Positions 1 to 14,754 of a stretch of DNA of 64,000 nt are shown here, in pieces. Both the position numbers and the translations under genes were made by a program. Within the stretch, counting starts at the first letter, position 1, and every line of letters begins with the position of its first letter. The notes under the pieces were generated by a model. That model had not been told where the DNA came from, ran no database searches, and saw nothing but the letters and a program-made list of their open reading frames with translations. Source of the stretch: the human T2T-CHM13v2.0 reference genome, Homo sapiens; NCBI RefSeq assembly GCF_009914755.1, contig NC_060926.1; one strand, written 5' to 3'.

Positions 1-989
1 GTCCGTGAGGTTCATTTGGGCTGGAAGTATTGAGGGAGATGATCAGACATTTGAGATATCTTTAAAGCATTTGGCAATAGCCCTTAATGTGCTCTCAAGT
101 TGAGAAAGTGGCAGGAAAATATTTATTCTACAACTTTATTTTTGTTTTTTTTTTTACCATCAAATGCAGTTTGTCTCTTTAAGAGCAAAAATAAATATTC
201 AGACAGAGTTTCTCAGTTAGCAGAAATCACTCATTTTCTCCTAAAATGACATTAAAAAGAGTAAAAGCTTGTAAAGTCCTCAAGTAACATTAAAAAAAAT
301 TTATAAATACATTGGACTATATACATACCGACTATATCTACCTGTTTTTGTAAGCTTATTTAAAATGTCTATACTAGTGTCATAATTTACTAAAGCCATT
401 AACTGACTGTTTGAAATTTCATTCTCAATAATTCTTTTTAGAGTCAGTAGTTGGGTTTTTACCATAAGAAAAAGTTTGAAATCTGACGTGAAAAACTTCA
501 GATTTGTGATGTTTGTCTCCATGTTGTTTGTTTTCTGCTCTGAGAGATGCCAACAAGTGGCAATTGAGTTATTCCCAGGTCATTGAAAAGTGAAGAGAAT
601 GGATTTCTAGAACTGTATAAGAACAAGGACTTGACGATTTAAAATTTTTTCATATAAAAAATGGGAATTTGTTCCTAGCAATTCATAGAAAAAAGTGTGT
701 GAAAGCCACCTAAAAAGCACGAGACTGGCATGCAAAGCTTTATCTGCCAAATGTTATAATAGAAATATTTTCATAATAACATAAAACAGTAAAACAACAA
801 AAAGTTTGTATATGTCTCTGTATGCATACAAATAGAGAATGTATGTGTTATTTATTTTTCTAAATGAGCATACATTCCTGAACTAATAATGTATTACATA
901 CATTATACAATATACATAAAAGTAGACATTTAAAAGAATGGCATACACTTTTAAAAACAACATTCTATTTGTTAACTGTATACGATGAT

Positions 990-1410
990 ACAGTTAATAT
1001 TAGCTGCTGTAATAGAGTATCTTTAAAATCTCAGAGACTTAACAGAAGTTTTCTTCTTACTACATAATATCTAAATGGGTCTTTCTGATCCATAGGTCAC
1101 TCTCCTCCAAGGGAAACTTCAGGAAGTTAGGCTCCTTTCTACCTGTGGCTTCTTCGTCTTTAACACCTGGCTTCCATGTTTGCCAGTTGGGAGAAAACAA
1201 AAAACAAAAAACAAAAAACAAAATGGAGGTTGATTTTAATGAGCCAGATTGAGAAGAACACACAGCACTCACTGATGCTCACATTTCATTGGCTAGAATT
1301 TGTCAATTGACCGCATCAACTTCAAACGAGAGTGAAAAATATAGTCTCACATTGTGTCCACAGGAAAAAGAAGCGGGTTCGCTGGTGGCACCCAGCAGTC
1401 TTCTCCACTA
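990..1410 (-). mobile_element. Old MaLR LTR (MLT1J/K/L-like)
   Basis: Motifs tagctgctgtaa..., ctcacatttcattggctagaa and aaatatagtct resemble a reverse-strand late MLT1; heavily diverged. Confidence 0.5.
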
Positions 1411-1792
1411 ACAATTACAAATATAATAAGTTTGCTTTTTGCTAAGAATGAAAATCAACAAATATATCTCAAATAGCTACATTTGCTGGTGTTTTTTCTT
1501 TTTAAAGATTTGCAAGTCATAATTGCTTATACCATCATGAGCTAATATCTTAAGGACACTGGGATGAGATTCACTGTCAGCAATAATAGATGTAAATACA
1601 TATTTTAACTTCTCAGCTCTGATGAGACTATATGTTTTTTCAGCCTCATAACTAGTTGACAAAGAGCTTGTATTATGAATAAAGGCAGTGTCAGCTATGT
1701 GTTTTCTTATAGTTTACTTATGCTTGTATTTTTAGTACTATCTTCAATCTCCAGTTTATAGTCTTTTAAAGCCTGTTCCATTCTGTGCATAG

Positions 1793-1819
1793 GTGTGTGT
1801 GTGTGTGCAAGTGTGTGTG
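1793..1819. repeat. Interrupted (TG)n microsatellite
   Basis: gtgtgtgtgtgtgtgcaagtgtgtgtg. Confidence 0.8.
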
Positions 1820-4800
1820 AAAACTAGAAAATTTAAGACTTAAACCCACTTACCAGGCACGCATTAAAGTATAAGTTCATCCCTGCAATTCCTGAATTTG
1901 TGGGAACTTACCCTTCCCTCAAGATACCCCATTTATCACATGTGACATGTGACCATCTAACATAGGGATGGGTGGTGGTACAAGTGTAAGTCCTTACATG
2001 AAACAGTAGTCAGGATACATTGTTTTATATTTTTAGACAAAAATCAATATAGAGTCCTCATATTTTTCCTGCATCTCACCATCGACTACTCCCTATAGAG
2101 TATGTGCACCCTGTGCTGGAGTCCACTAACCTTAAAGAAAGAAAATGTCAAACCTCGTGTTCATGTCAATCAAAGAGTGCAATAAAAAGATGATGAATGT
2201 TGGGATAATGGGAATTTGGGTAAACAGAATCCTTTGCCTAACATACTATTGATTGGAAAATATTTTGTGTCTATTGTGCTTTCAGATTTGTTTCTACTCT
2301 TTCTTGGAACAGTCTAGCTTTACTTTGTTTCATTTTGTTTTAACCTTAGTAAATGCAAAATAGTGATTCATCAATGGAATTGAATTTTTAATTTCTAGGG
2401 ACATTCCAAACAGCTTTCCTGAGATGGGCACTGATCCTTAAAATATTTTGGAATTTGAAAAAGAGGAATGCCTTCTTACCCATTTAAAATCCCTGGTTCT
2501 AAGCAATTGTTTCTTCAGTGAATATCTGGCATTATTTTAGTGTCTTAATTTTTAGTGTCACTTTTCAATGGCTGTAAGTGTAGACATTGAAAGTTGTATA
2601 GATTTTAGGATAACCTAGGTTGGCAATAGATCCTTTAAACCAGTTTGTTTCTTTTCATTGCTTGGTTTATTGTGTTTTATCAAATCAAAGATGCCATCAA
2701 CTGTAAGATATATATTTTAGATACTCTAAGAGAAAAATTAAGTTCTATCAAATATATCTTTAAAATGACATAAATTGTAAGACTCATTCTTATTTTGTAT
2801 ATGTTAAACTGTGGTAAAAATGTATACCTTAGAATTAATGAAATACAAAGTATTCTACTGTCTTCCAGCAAAGGTTTCAGGAAACTTTAAGGATATATAA
2901 AGTGCAGAAAGATTAAAACATCTTAAGGGAAAATGCTTTTAAGAAAGCAAGATGAATGTAGCACAAATAAGAGCCAGGATTGAGACTAATTTGGTAATAA
3001 TCATCATTACGTCATATGCCTTCCTGAAGGGAGCATAAATTTGGGTGAAACTGTTTTGAAGTCAGTACAAAAAGGAAAAGGAAATCTTAATTTATTATGC
3101 AGCTTAAAATCATAAAGTAAAATCAAACCAGTTTCTAAGAGGAAGTATCAATTTCCTTGGTAATGAACAAAAATTTATGTAATGTGAGCAACAATAATAT
3201 CTCATCAATAACCTTAGAGAATACACAATGAGCATCCTATGACTTTGTGCAGTAGTGTCCTCCCATTGAGGTAAGTGGTATCACAATAAGTCAGTAGAAA
3301 CACTTTTACCAGTGTCCATTATAATACTTCTTCTCTCCTGGCTTATCTGCTTTAATGTAGAGTGGTTGGTGGTTTGTACTAGGTGGTGAGAGAGAGATGG
3401 ACTGAACATCCTTAAGCAAACTAAATGTTTCTCTCATGTAAGCTTTTGGATGGCAGTAATCTACACCATACTCTCTGGAGGTTACCAAAAATGGAGCTTA
3501 TCTGTGCTGCTATTTAAATATGAAACATCGTGCCCTAATAGAGACTGGAAAAAATATTAGTTGATATTCTCTAGGGAAAATTGAGTTTCTTCTGAAGAAC
3601 AGGTGCATGAAGAAAAGGCTGCTGTACTTTGTCTTGGCTCGTAGACACTACTGAAACACTTCCTAGGAAATGAGTTCAAATCACATCTCACCGACAACAT
3701 GAAAGGATGATCCAGTTCCCAAATGCTCTACTCCATAACTTGAAGCCACAGAAACTTTAGCCTAGAAAAATTTTAATATACGTATGACTGGCCATTCATA
3801 TTGGCCATAAAAATATCTCACCCAATCATAGATATTTATTTGGGGAGTTATTTCTGAATTCTACTTGCTATTATATTCTTCAGGAAATGTAGACCACAGC
3901 AACTGAGTTACAAGGCTTGCCTCATGGCCTTACTTAAAAGTTGAGGGTACGTCTACAATAATTAATAAGTATAATACGTTAATTATAGGCTTTCTTTGTA
4001 GCAGTAATTAATTAGTGCCAGTTCAGTCCTATCTTAGATAATTAAATCATAAAACCATATCTTCAAGGTTTCAGAAAGCTGGTCTTCCAGGTCTCAGTAT
4101 CAGTGGGCATGCATCTGAATTCTATGCAGTTACTGTCAGATAACGGGGAGGAAATTTCAAAGACAAAGAGACAGACTAATTCTCTGGGGTTTTTTCCTCT
4201 ATAAATTTTTAATGCATCATTAAAAGATCATTGTTTCTGACTTTTGAAACTGTGGAAGCATCAGTAACTTTGGTTCTTATTATTTACTTCTTTTTTAATC
4301 TAAAATAAGGTGTGAAGTTGTGCTTGAGAGAAATGATCCTTTCAACAAGAGATCCTATTGTAGTAGTTTCTATTGTAGTAGTTTCTGTGAAAGTTTTATC
4401 TTAGTTTTTAATGAAGCTGAAATAAGTCTGTATTGTCACCTCCCTTTGCGTCAGAATTTGTATAACTTTGTTGGTCTGCCTTTCTCTCTGATGTGTACAA
4501 CATACAACATACATATATCTTTAAATCTCACAAGTATTCTGCTTTAGGAAATAACTTCTAATAGAGTATACCAGAAGGTAAGCGTATATCTTTTTATATA
4601 TTTTATGAGGAAAAGGCACAAGCCATATTTGCACTTACTCTATCATTGCTAAAGGAATAAATCAGGTGGTTCAAGGAAGAATAATTTAAGAAAAACAACA
4701 TTTTGATGTATTACTTGGCAGTTAATTTTTAACTGGTCATTAAAACCTGACTGAAGATTTCTCCTTAGAAGCTTGGTATTATCAAATATATTACTAGTTG

Positions 4801-5366
4801 AAGACTTAGCTTCTTCATATTTCAAGTTAGTTACACTAGTTTTCCTCTTTCAGGAAATTTTCATTTATCTTCAGTTGCTGCTGGAATAAATAGAGTGTTT
4901 TTTGTAATTTTGTCTTCAAACATTCACCCCAAAAATGTCTTGCTTTGGAATTTCTATTTTAATTTTTACTTGTTTTAAATTTTAATTCTTTTAGGTTGTG
5001 GCAGCAATTGAAGCCTTCTCTTGTGTTAGCTGAGTAATCGTGAAGATTGAACTACCTTAGAGCAACACAGTAGAATTCCCAAAAGCTTAGTACTCGTATC
5101 TGCAAAGTGCACAAGTCTTTAGGCATCTAGCAAAACAATGCCCAAATTATCTTGGTTCTCCTTTACTGGTGTTTTTCTGGAGAGCTCAACAATTTCACCA
5201 TGTTTATATATGTATACTCTCACTTTCCCAAGTTCCTCGTGCCTCCATAATAGAGGAGATGCTTTCCCACCAAAAGACGGTGAATTGATTCACCAAGCTG
5301 TTTGTAAGGAATCATGATGTATCATGGCACCTAAAATGAGAGGAAGGGTTTACCTGTTAAAAGTCA

Positions 5367-5669
<303 letters not shown>

Positions 5670-5779
5670 GGTCACTGCTTTGTCTTTCACTTTTTTTCGC
5701 TTCAGCTAGACTCCTAGATAAATGTTTCTGCAAGTGAAGTTTATTATCCATACAAATCTTAATTGTATGCAACGAATGC

Positions 5780-6040
5780 AAAATGCCTAAGCCCAGACTT
5801 ACCTGATCAGAAGCTCTGTGGGTAGGGTCCAGAAATTTGCCTTCTTACAGGAATCTAGGGGAATGTTAGGGATGATATAGTTGGAAAATAATTGTGCCAA
5901 ATTTTAGCGTTTCTTATATTTTAATGTGCATATGAATCAACTATTAGTAGGTCTGGGATGGGTCCTGAAATTCTACATTTCTAACAAGCCTATATAACAC
6001 TGATGCTCTCCATAGCTCACTTGGAGTATCAGTGTGCTAA
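5780..6040. mobile_element. MER5-type hAT-Charlie fragments (probably two)
   Basis: tcagaagctctgtgggtagggtccagaaatttgc and gtaggtctgggatgggtcctgaaattctacatttctaacaagc motifs. Confidence 0.6.
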
Positions 6041-7580
6041 AGTTTTTCAGCTGGCTGCCCCATAGGTAAGGCTTAGACAAACTATAGTGTTGCTGGTTTC
6101 AGGAAGCAACAGAGTTGCTCTGTCACAAGTCTCAGGTCCTTCTCACATTTCAAAATCAGTGTAATGGAGTTTCCAAGACAAAGTGCCTTGATGCCCTATT
6201 GCCTATTATTTTGGAGAAAGAAGTATTTCATGCCTGTTGAGCTTTTGCAGCCTAAAAGTGGAGTACTGATCAAGTAGAAGAGACACAGTCAAGTTGACAA
6301 ATTGTCTTAAAATACAACATATCGCAAGAAAGAGAAATGAATGAAATGGTCTTGGCCACTGCACTACCGCCATTGTGCAGGAGTGGTAGGTCAACTTTTA
6401 GGACTTTAGGTCATGAGCAGTCTATACAAGCCTGGGTCTCAGTTTTATACTCACATCACACCATTAACATATCTGAAAACAGTGGTGCCTATTATCTGGC
6501 TATTTCTGAGTTTTCCACTGGCCAGTGTTCCTGGGACCATTATTAGATTAAGGTCGAAGGACCCTAGAACACTTACACTCTTACCTGTGACCTGCGGAAT
6601 TTCTTCTCTTTAAGGAGAGGCAGAGAGATTGAGGAAATATTTGGGGTGGGGCTAGAGCAAAGTTGAGTATTCTTGTAGGTTGTGGTTAGGAAGTCTGCAG
6701 AGAGGAGGACGTTGAAGATTTAGCAGGAAGCTGGCACAGCTAATACAACAGTTCTGGAGGATGTGATTAGGAAATTAGTTAAAGGGGTGATGGTAGTAGC
6801 AGGCTTTTCCTGTTGGAGGAGGGATAGAGATAAAGATGGGTACAGAAATAAGTGAGTTTGGTGGACGGTAATGTATGTTCCTTTTAAAGCTGTATGAGTT
6901 TAGAGAAGGAAATGATTATTGCTAAGAAAATTAACCAGGAGATATTTCCAGGAGGAAGTGGAATTGAGTCAACGGCACTAAATGTGGTAGAATGGTATTA
7001 TAAGATAAAAATGATTTGATTTTAGCAACCTGTTAACTAACAAGAGGACTCTGCTACAGGAGGTGAGAGGATTAAAGCAAATTTCACTGGGCTGAGAAAT
7101 GAATGGAAAGAGAAACGGACATTTTGAACCTATGCTTTTCTTTTTTAAAAAATTGGCAGTGACTAATGAAATCTGAATTTCTTAACTTGGCTTTCAAAGC
7201 CTTGCAAAGTTTTGTTCCATTACATCTATCTAACCTTACTTTCCAAATAATTTATAGGTTAGCTTTATTCTCAATTAAGACTGATTTCCTTACTGCCTTG
7301 GAAAACATCAGCTCCATCTTTACATATGTCAATATTCATGCTATTACTACCAGTTTTTGTTGCAGGGACTTTGCTGTTTTTTTTTTTTTCTTTTTTTTCC
7401 ATTTTTTCCCCTACTGCTTTACAAATGGATAGGAAAGAAGAATGTGTGGATCTTGAGTGATCCTTGCCTTGAGTGGAAGTTGAGAGTGGGAATTAGAGAG
7501 AATCCCTGGTTGGGGCAGAGGGAGGCCTAACATTCAACCAAGGATTTCCATAGAATGAAACATTTGTTTTGAGACAGAAA

Positions 7581-7862
7581 CATGTTTTAATAACATATTC
7601 TCAGTGTTTGCTTACAAAGGGGTTTCTCTGTCAAACTCTTCCATTCACTGAAAGAAAACAGCTTATGATGTATCTTAAAGAAAGTATGCTTACATTTGCC
7701 TTTTATTTCTGGATTTCTCTACTTGTCCTCATAGGGCCCATGTTCTAGTAACATATTCTCAATGTCTGTTTACAAAAGTTTTTCTCTGTCAAGCTCTTTC
7801 ATTCACTGAAAGAAAACAGCTTATGATGAATGTTTAAGAAAGCATGCTGATATTTGCCTTTT
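7581..7862. repeat. Diverged direct duplication, two copies of about 124 bp, period 158
   Basis: catgtt..taacatattctca...cattcactgaaagaaaacagcttatgatg...atttgcctttt at 7581-7704 and 7739-7862. Confidence 0.92.
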
Positions 7863-7931
7863 TTAAAATACAGATTTAGGGGGTACAAGTGCAGTTTTGT
7901 TACATGGATATATTGTGTAGTGGTGAAGTCC
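7859..7931 (-). mobile_element. Short L1 (L1PB/L1MA-type) 3'-end fragment
   Basis: gggtacaagtgcagttttgttacatggatatattgtgtagtggtgaagtc is the reverse L1 3' terminus. Confidence 0.8.
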
Positions 7932-8310
7932 AGAATAAGCCATTTCTTACAAGACTGCCAACAAGCTGCATCAGACACTTAAAAAGTCTATAAGTACCAT
8001 CTACCAAGACCTAGTGTCAGTCTGGATATCAAACTTACGCACAGATACCTGCAATTCCAGCAATTGGGCCACCTTGTGGCTCCCACCTTTAGATCAAAAT
8101 GTGTTCCTGCTGCTCTGACTTCTCTAAGGCATCCAGTTATGCAAAAGGTGACTGCACTATTCATTAGAATTCATAATTCTGATACTCACTAACTGACTTG
8201 AGAGGTAGTAGGTGGATCCATGGGACAAGGTAGTCATTTTCTTCACTAAAAATCTTTGATTACTGATCTTTAGTATATCTTGGTTCTTCATGACTGAGCA
8301 ATAAATTTCT

Positions 8311-8647
8311 TTTTTTAATTTAACTTTTATTTTAAGTTCAGAGGTACATGTGCAGGTTTGTTATATAGGTAAACTTGCGTGAAGGGGGTTTGTGGTACAG
8401 ATTATTTTGTCACCCAGGTATTTAACCTAATGCTTATTAATTATTTTTCCTGATTCTCTCCCTCCTCCCAACCTCTACCCTCTGATAGGCCCCAGTGTGT
8501 GTTGTTCCCATCTTTGTGTCCATGTGTCTGAATCATTTAGCTCCCACTTGTAAGTGAGAACATGCAGTATTCGATTTTGTTTGCTAAGGATAATGTCCTC
8601 TAGCTCCATCCATGATCCTGCAAAGGACATGATCTTGTTCTTTTTTA
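8311..8647 (-). mobile_element. 5'-truncated old L1PA (about PA13-16) 3' end
   Basis: ttttaagttcagaggtacatgtgcaggtttgttatataggtaaac...; TSD-like agcaataaatttct / agcaacaaattttct. Confidence 0.9.
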
Positions 8648-9699
8648 AGCAACAAATTTTCTTATTATTCTTTACCCATAGAAGAGCATTGTTACATAGG
8701 AACCCTAAGATCTCCTATTTGGTTAGTTATAAGATTTTTGAAATACTTTTGTCCTTCTTTTGCTTTCAGCTGACACAAAAAGCCCTAATATGCATTTTCT
8801 AGACTGAGACTCTTGAATACATCAGATATTACAGGGCATTGCAGGAAGATAGGATAAAATAGTTGGTTAACATTTCACTAACATTTATAAACATATATTC
8901 ATATATATAAATAATGCCTTTGAATGAAAAGACAACCAATAGGACACAAAAAATGTAGTGAGACAAATGTAGAGAATAAATACATTTTAAGATTATTTTG
9001 TCGTTTAGCAGCCTCTCATTGTTAGAAAGAAAAGCAAGAGGAGACTGGTGAGTTCTCAGGTTCCAAAGATACAGCATAGAGCACAACAACAATTCAGCCT
9101 TTTGTCTCTCTCGAGTCATGTGAATTTGAAGAAGTTTTTTTTTTTAACGTATGGTAACTTCTCTAAGCTGGGTTTCCCTACCCGTGAAATAACAAGATAG
9201 AACTGAAGTAGATGAATATGAACTTTCAGAATTTTAGGTGTAAATATAGGCATAGCTCAAGAAGAATAAAAGCCTGTAACATGATGGGAAAAAATGACAC
9301 TTCAGGTGGGAGAAAAGGAAAATGTGCAGTAGTGTGGAGTGGCATGCATTGTCATAGGGTGGCAAGAGAACGGGCACGGCAACTCAGGGGAAGGAGTGGG
9401 AATAAATCAGTGAATTTGCATAGCAAGGGCTAGGCTGAGAATTCCCAAGAGTGGTTAGTTTAAAAAGATAGACCCAACTTTTTCACCTACTAATGGAGCT
9501 AAACTACTTTTGCTGCTTCCATTTAAACATTTGATATATTGGCCAGAAGTGGGCAGCAAGAGTCCTGCATATGCTAATCTTAAATAATCTGTCTCTAATT
9601 TACTGAAAAGTTTATTAAGTTTATGGTAAAAAGAGAACCGAACTGAATGAGAGGATATTTTAAGTTTACAGTAAAAAGAGAACTGATCCGAGTGAGAGA

Positions 9700-10230
9700 C
9701 TTTCTTGCTTATTTACTGTGTAAATATCTCGAATGCTAATTGTAGAATAAACTGGGCAGAAATGACATCTTTTCAATCTTGAGTCTTCCCATCCAAGAAT
9801 GCGGGATGTCTCTCTATTATGTAGGTCTTCTTTTATGTTCTTCACTAAAATGTTATCATTTTCCCCCATGAAACATTCTACATGGTATGTTATGGTTATT
9901 TCTGATCATATAAATGTATGCTGATTGTGAATGGCATATTTAAAACCACATTTCTCCTTTGTTACTGCTCTTCCTTTAGGTTTTTATTGTTTATGTTGTA
10001 TTTAGCCACCTTGCTCTTCACTCTTGTAGTAGTTGGACTTGTTTGTCTTTCAATTCTTTTTTATTTTCTTAAGAATCATATTCTCTATAAGATGTAATTT
10101 AATGTTTACTTTTCTAATACTTATATATCTTCTTTATTTTTCTTATCTAATTTAATAGTTTGTCCTCCAATAAAACACTGAATAGCAGTGAAAAGCATTG
10201 ACAATTGTTTATTCCGAGCTGATTATGACA
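9700..10230 (-). mobile_element. Ancient L1M ORF2 fragment
   Basis: Reverse ORF 9666-9869 (NIKEDLHNRETSRILGWEDS) resembles L1 ORF2 EIKEDLNKWKDIPCSWIGR. Confidence 0.7.
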
Positions 10231-11826
10231 TGAGCCTTTATGGAAGCCCATCCCTTTCTTTCCATTTGTCTCTTTTCCCTTTCTTCCCTTTGTGCTCTTC
10301 CACCCATGAGTACATGAGAGCTTTTACTAAATGAGGATTGATTTGCTTCTTCTGAAAGTAATCACATTTTTCTTAGGAACTTCCTGGTAATGTTCCATGT
10401 TTTTCTTCCCCCCCACAAAACTGACATTTTCTACTGGCTTGCTATTATTTGCATCACCAAAACTGTGCCTAATGCAGTAATGCACCATGACATACAGAAG
10501 GCTAGAAATGTGTCGGCCCCTCCAGAAAATGAACCCACATTATAGTCGTGTAGCAATTTTGGTAGTCACTACCAGCTTCTACTCCTTTGAAATGTCAATT
10601 TATCTAAAATTAATAGCTCCTCTCCACCCTATTTTTTTTTAATTTGTGAAGTCTAAAAAAAAATAGATTATGAAACATCTTAGAATTATGCATAAAGTGA
10701 AAATAAATCACATCTCAGTGAGAATAGGGAGTATTTTCCTCTGATAAAAGGAGCCTGGCCTAAATGCAGATGGTAGAGATGGTTGCTGTGTTTGCTTAGG
10801 GGACTTATGTGCTTGTTTCCAGGTATTGGCTGTTCTGGGGAGTTGAGGTTCTTGGAAGAGTAACATGTTCATGTGTTAGAGTAAATCCTCATTAAGGAGA
10901 ATGCTTCTGCACCTCAGAAAAGCAATCTTTGTGACAAGCTGTCTTTCTTTTTTTAATGGTTGCCTCACATGGGTGGCACTGAAAAGATTACAACGTGTTC
11001 CTCATCGCATACACATTTTACAGCTAAACCACTATTATCTGATATTCTTATAGTTAATGATTTTGCCATTTTTTTGGCTAGTGTTTGTACTTAAATGGCC
11101 TTATAGAATCTTTCTTAAATTCACTCTACCTAATTATTTAGCAATCAAAAGAGAGCCGAATAAAACAGCTCCCAACCCTGCACTAATCACCTCTTAAGTA
11201 TTGGTTCTATCTATACACATCATCTTAGTTTACATTTATTCAATCCTTTTTTTCTTTCAGTGTTATCTCTTTCTCTATAAACTGACCGGATATTAATTGT
11301 GACTTTGAGTCATCGCTTTGATTGCTCTGGGATTTGGAGTAAACCTCAGAAGCTAACTGCATTTGGAACTTTTTTGTAGACTGGCTTTCTTAATAACCTC
11401 CAATAACATCTTTAGTCTGCTAACCAGGATAAATATCAACGAAAATAAACCACAGAACCTACATTCTTGTGAAGCCGATAAAAAAAAAATACAGCAGTAA
11501 ACATGACTGGCAACTTTTGTTGAACAGAATATGGAACAGTTGCATTCATTTCCCCTCCAAACTTCTCACTGGTAGAAAATAAAGGTTCAGAAGTTTATAG
11601 GAGATAACATGTTGCTCAAAAGATATTAATAGCCTTTTTAGCAAATTAAATACCTCTAGATATAGTGTTAAAAGAAGTTTGGCAGTTGAGATAGGTGTCC
11701 AAATTATGATACTTAGAAAAAGAGTAATAATAGATTCAAATCTTATTATGATTCTAGAAACTTTAGCTGGTTAACTAAACATTGAGTCTGAATCATTTAT
11801 TTCCCTCACATAAAATTTTCCATTTT

Positions 11827-12159
<333 letters not shown>

Positions 12160-12690
12160 TAAGATAAAATTCTAAATAGCAAAGGTCTTCGAAAGTCCTT
12201 GGAAAATAACACATAAGTACCGGGTGTTGGCTACTCATTATTTATTAATTGCTCATTCATCTCTGCCCTGACTTACAGGGCTCAGCACTGGATGTTGGTT
12301 CTCCTAGCTCAATACTCAGAGGTACTTCCATATTTGCTTTGCTTCCTTGCCACCCTGAGGCTGGGTACTCCAAGGAGCACTGTACCTGTCAGTCTGTAAA
12401 AGTGAGTGAACTTGAAGCTTTGACCCACTGGCAAGTATGCTATTTCTGGTTATTCATGTGCTTTTGTTTTTCCACAGGAAATAAATGATAACCATTTATT
12501 TGTATGATAATCCACATAATTTCACACTTTCCTTGATAAGGTTATGTGAGGAGGCTAAGTGATGTGCATTCATGATTTAGTATTGAAATCCCATGATTTA
12601 ATAAACACGGAGATTTAGAAATTATGAGATAACATGACATTTCTAGACAGTTTTGCAAAGAAGTTTTACAGTTTCTCTTTTATATTTAAG

Positions 12691-12886
12691 GTGACTACAC
12701 TTGTCAACACAAGCAACAAAGGCCCATCTGGTAAAAAGAAAGGGAGGTCAAAGAAAGCCCATGTACTAGCTGCCTCTGTAGAGCAAGCCACTCAGAATTT
12801 CCTGGAAAAGGGTGAACAGATCGCTAAGGAGAGTCAAGATCTCAAAGAAGAGTTGGTGGCTGCTGTAGAGGATGTGCGCAAACAAG
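12691..12886 (+). CDS. CTNNA2: Internal coding exon of alpha-N-catenin (second coding exon, about c.103-298, residues 35-99)
   Basis: Translates VTTLVNTSNKGPSGKKKGRSKKAHVLAASVEQATQNFLEKGEQIAKESQDLKEELVAAVEDVRKQ(G), recognised as the CTNNA2 N-terminal domain. Acceptor ttctcttttatatttaag|GTG, donor CAAG|gtaggc; 196 nt, phase 0 to phase 1. Confidence 0.97.
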
Positions 12887-13404
12887 GTAGGCAGAATGAT
12901 ATTATTGTTCAAGGCGGATCTATACTGATGTGCAAACAATGGCTTTTTCTTTAGAATCAATGGATATTTACTCAAAGAAGAAGTCTTACGTTTTTTTCCT
13001 TTCTATCTACACTTGTCATTTTTAATGTTTGCTGGATGTGGTACATAGAGATATTTTCATTGTTGCAGTATGGTACAGCTACAAACACTCCATGTCTGCT
13101 GTTACGTCAAATCTTCAAGATGTTTCTTCTTGGTCAATGTAAACAGACTTTGTGTCAAACTCAGGCTTTAGGGAGAATGGGATGGGAAGACCTAACGTTT
13201 ATAGAGTCAATGTAAAATCAGGTTTCTATGGATGAAGGGGGAGAAGAATGTAAAGTATTATAAGAGAATTATTCTTATTTTTCTGCAAGTCTCAAATTCA
13301 TGTTTTCAGTTCATAGATTTCCTCACAAATGTAGCAAGCTAGCCACTCATTAATAAATCAGCTACCTCTCTAGCTAGCTAGCTATAATACTGTTGATTTA
13401 GCAT

Positions 13405-14720
<1,316 letters not shown>

Positions 14721-14754
14721 TGCAGCATTGTAGTTGAAAGTTCTAAGGACCATG

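Noticed and set aside
12927-12939. gatgtgcaaacaa echoing the exon end gatgtgcgcaaacaa
   Set aside because: A short gapped match with no GT after it; likely chance.
12634-12954. 106-aa ORF as a stand-alone gene
   Set aside because: It is the CTNNA2 exon read through both splice sites; the flanking residues are intronic.
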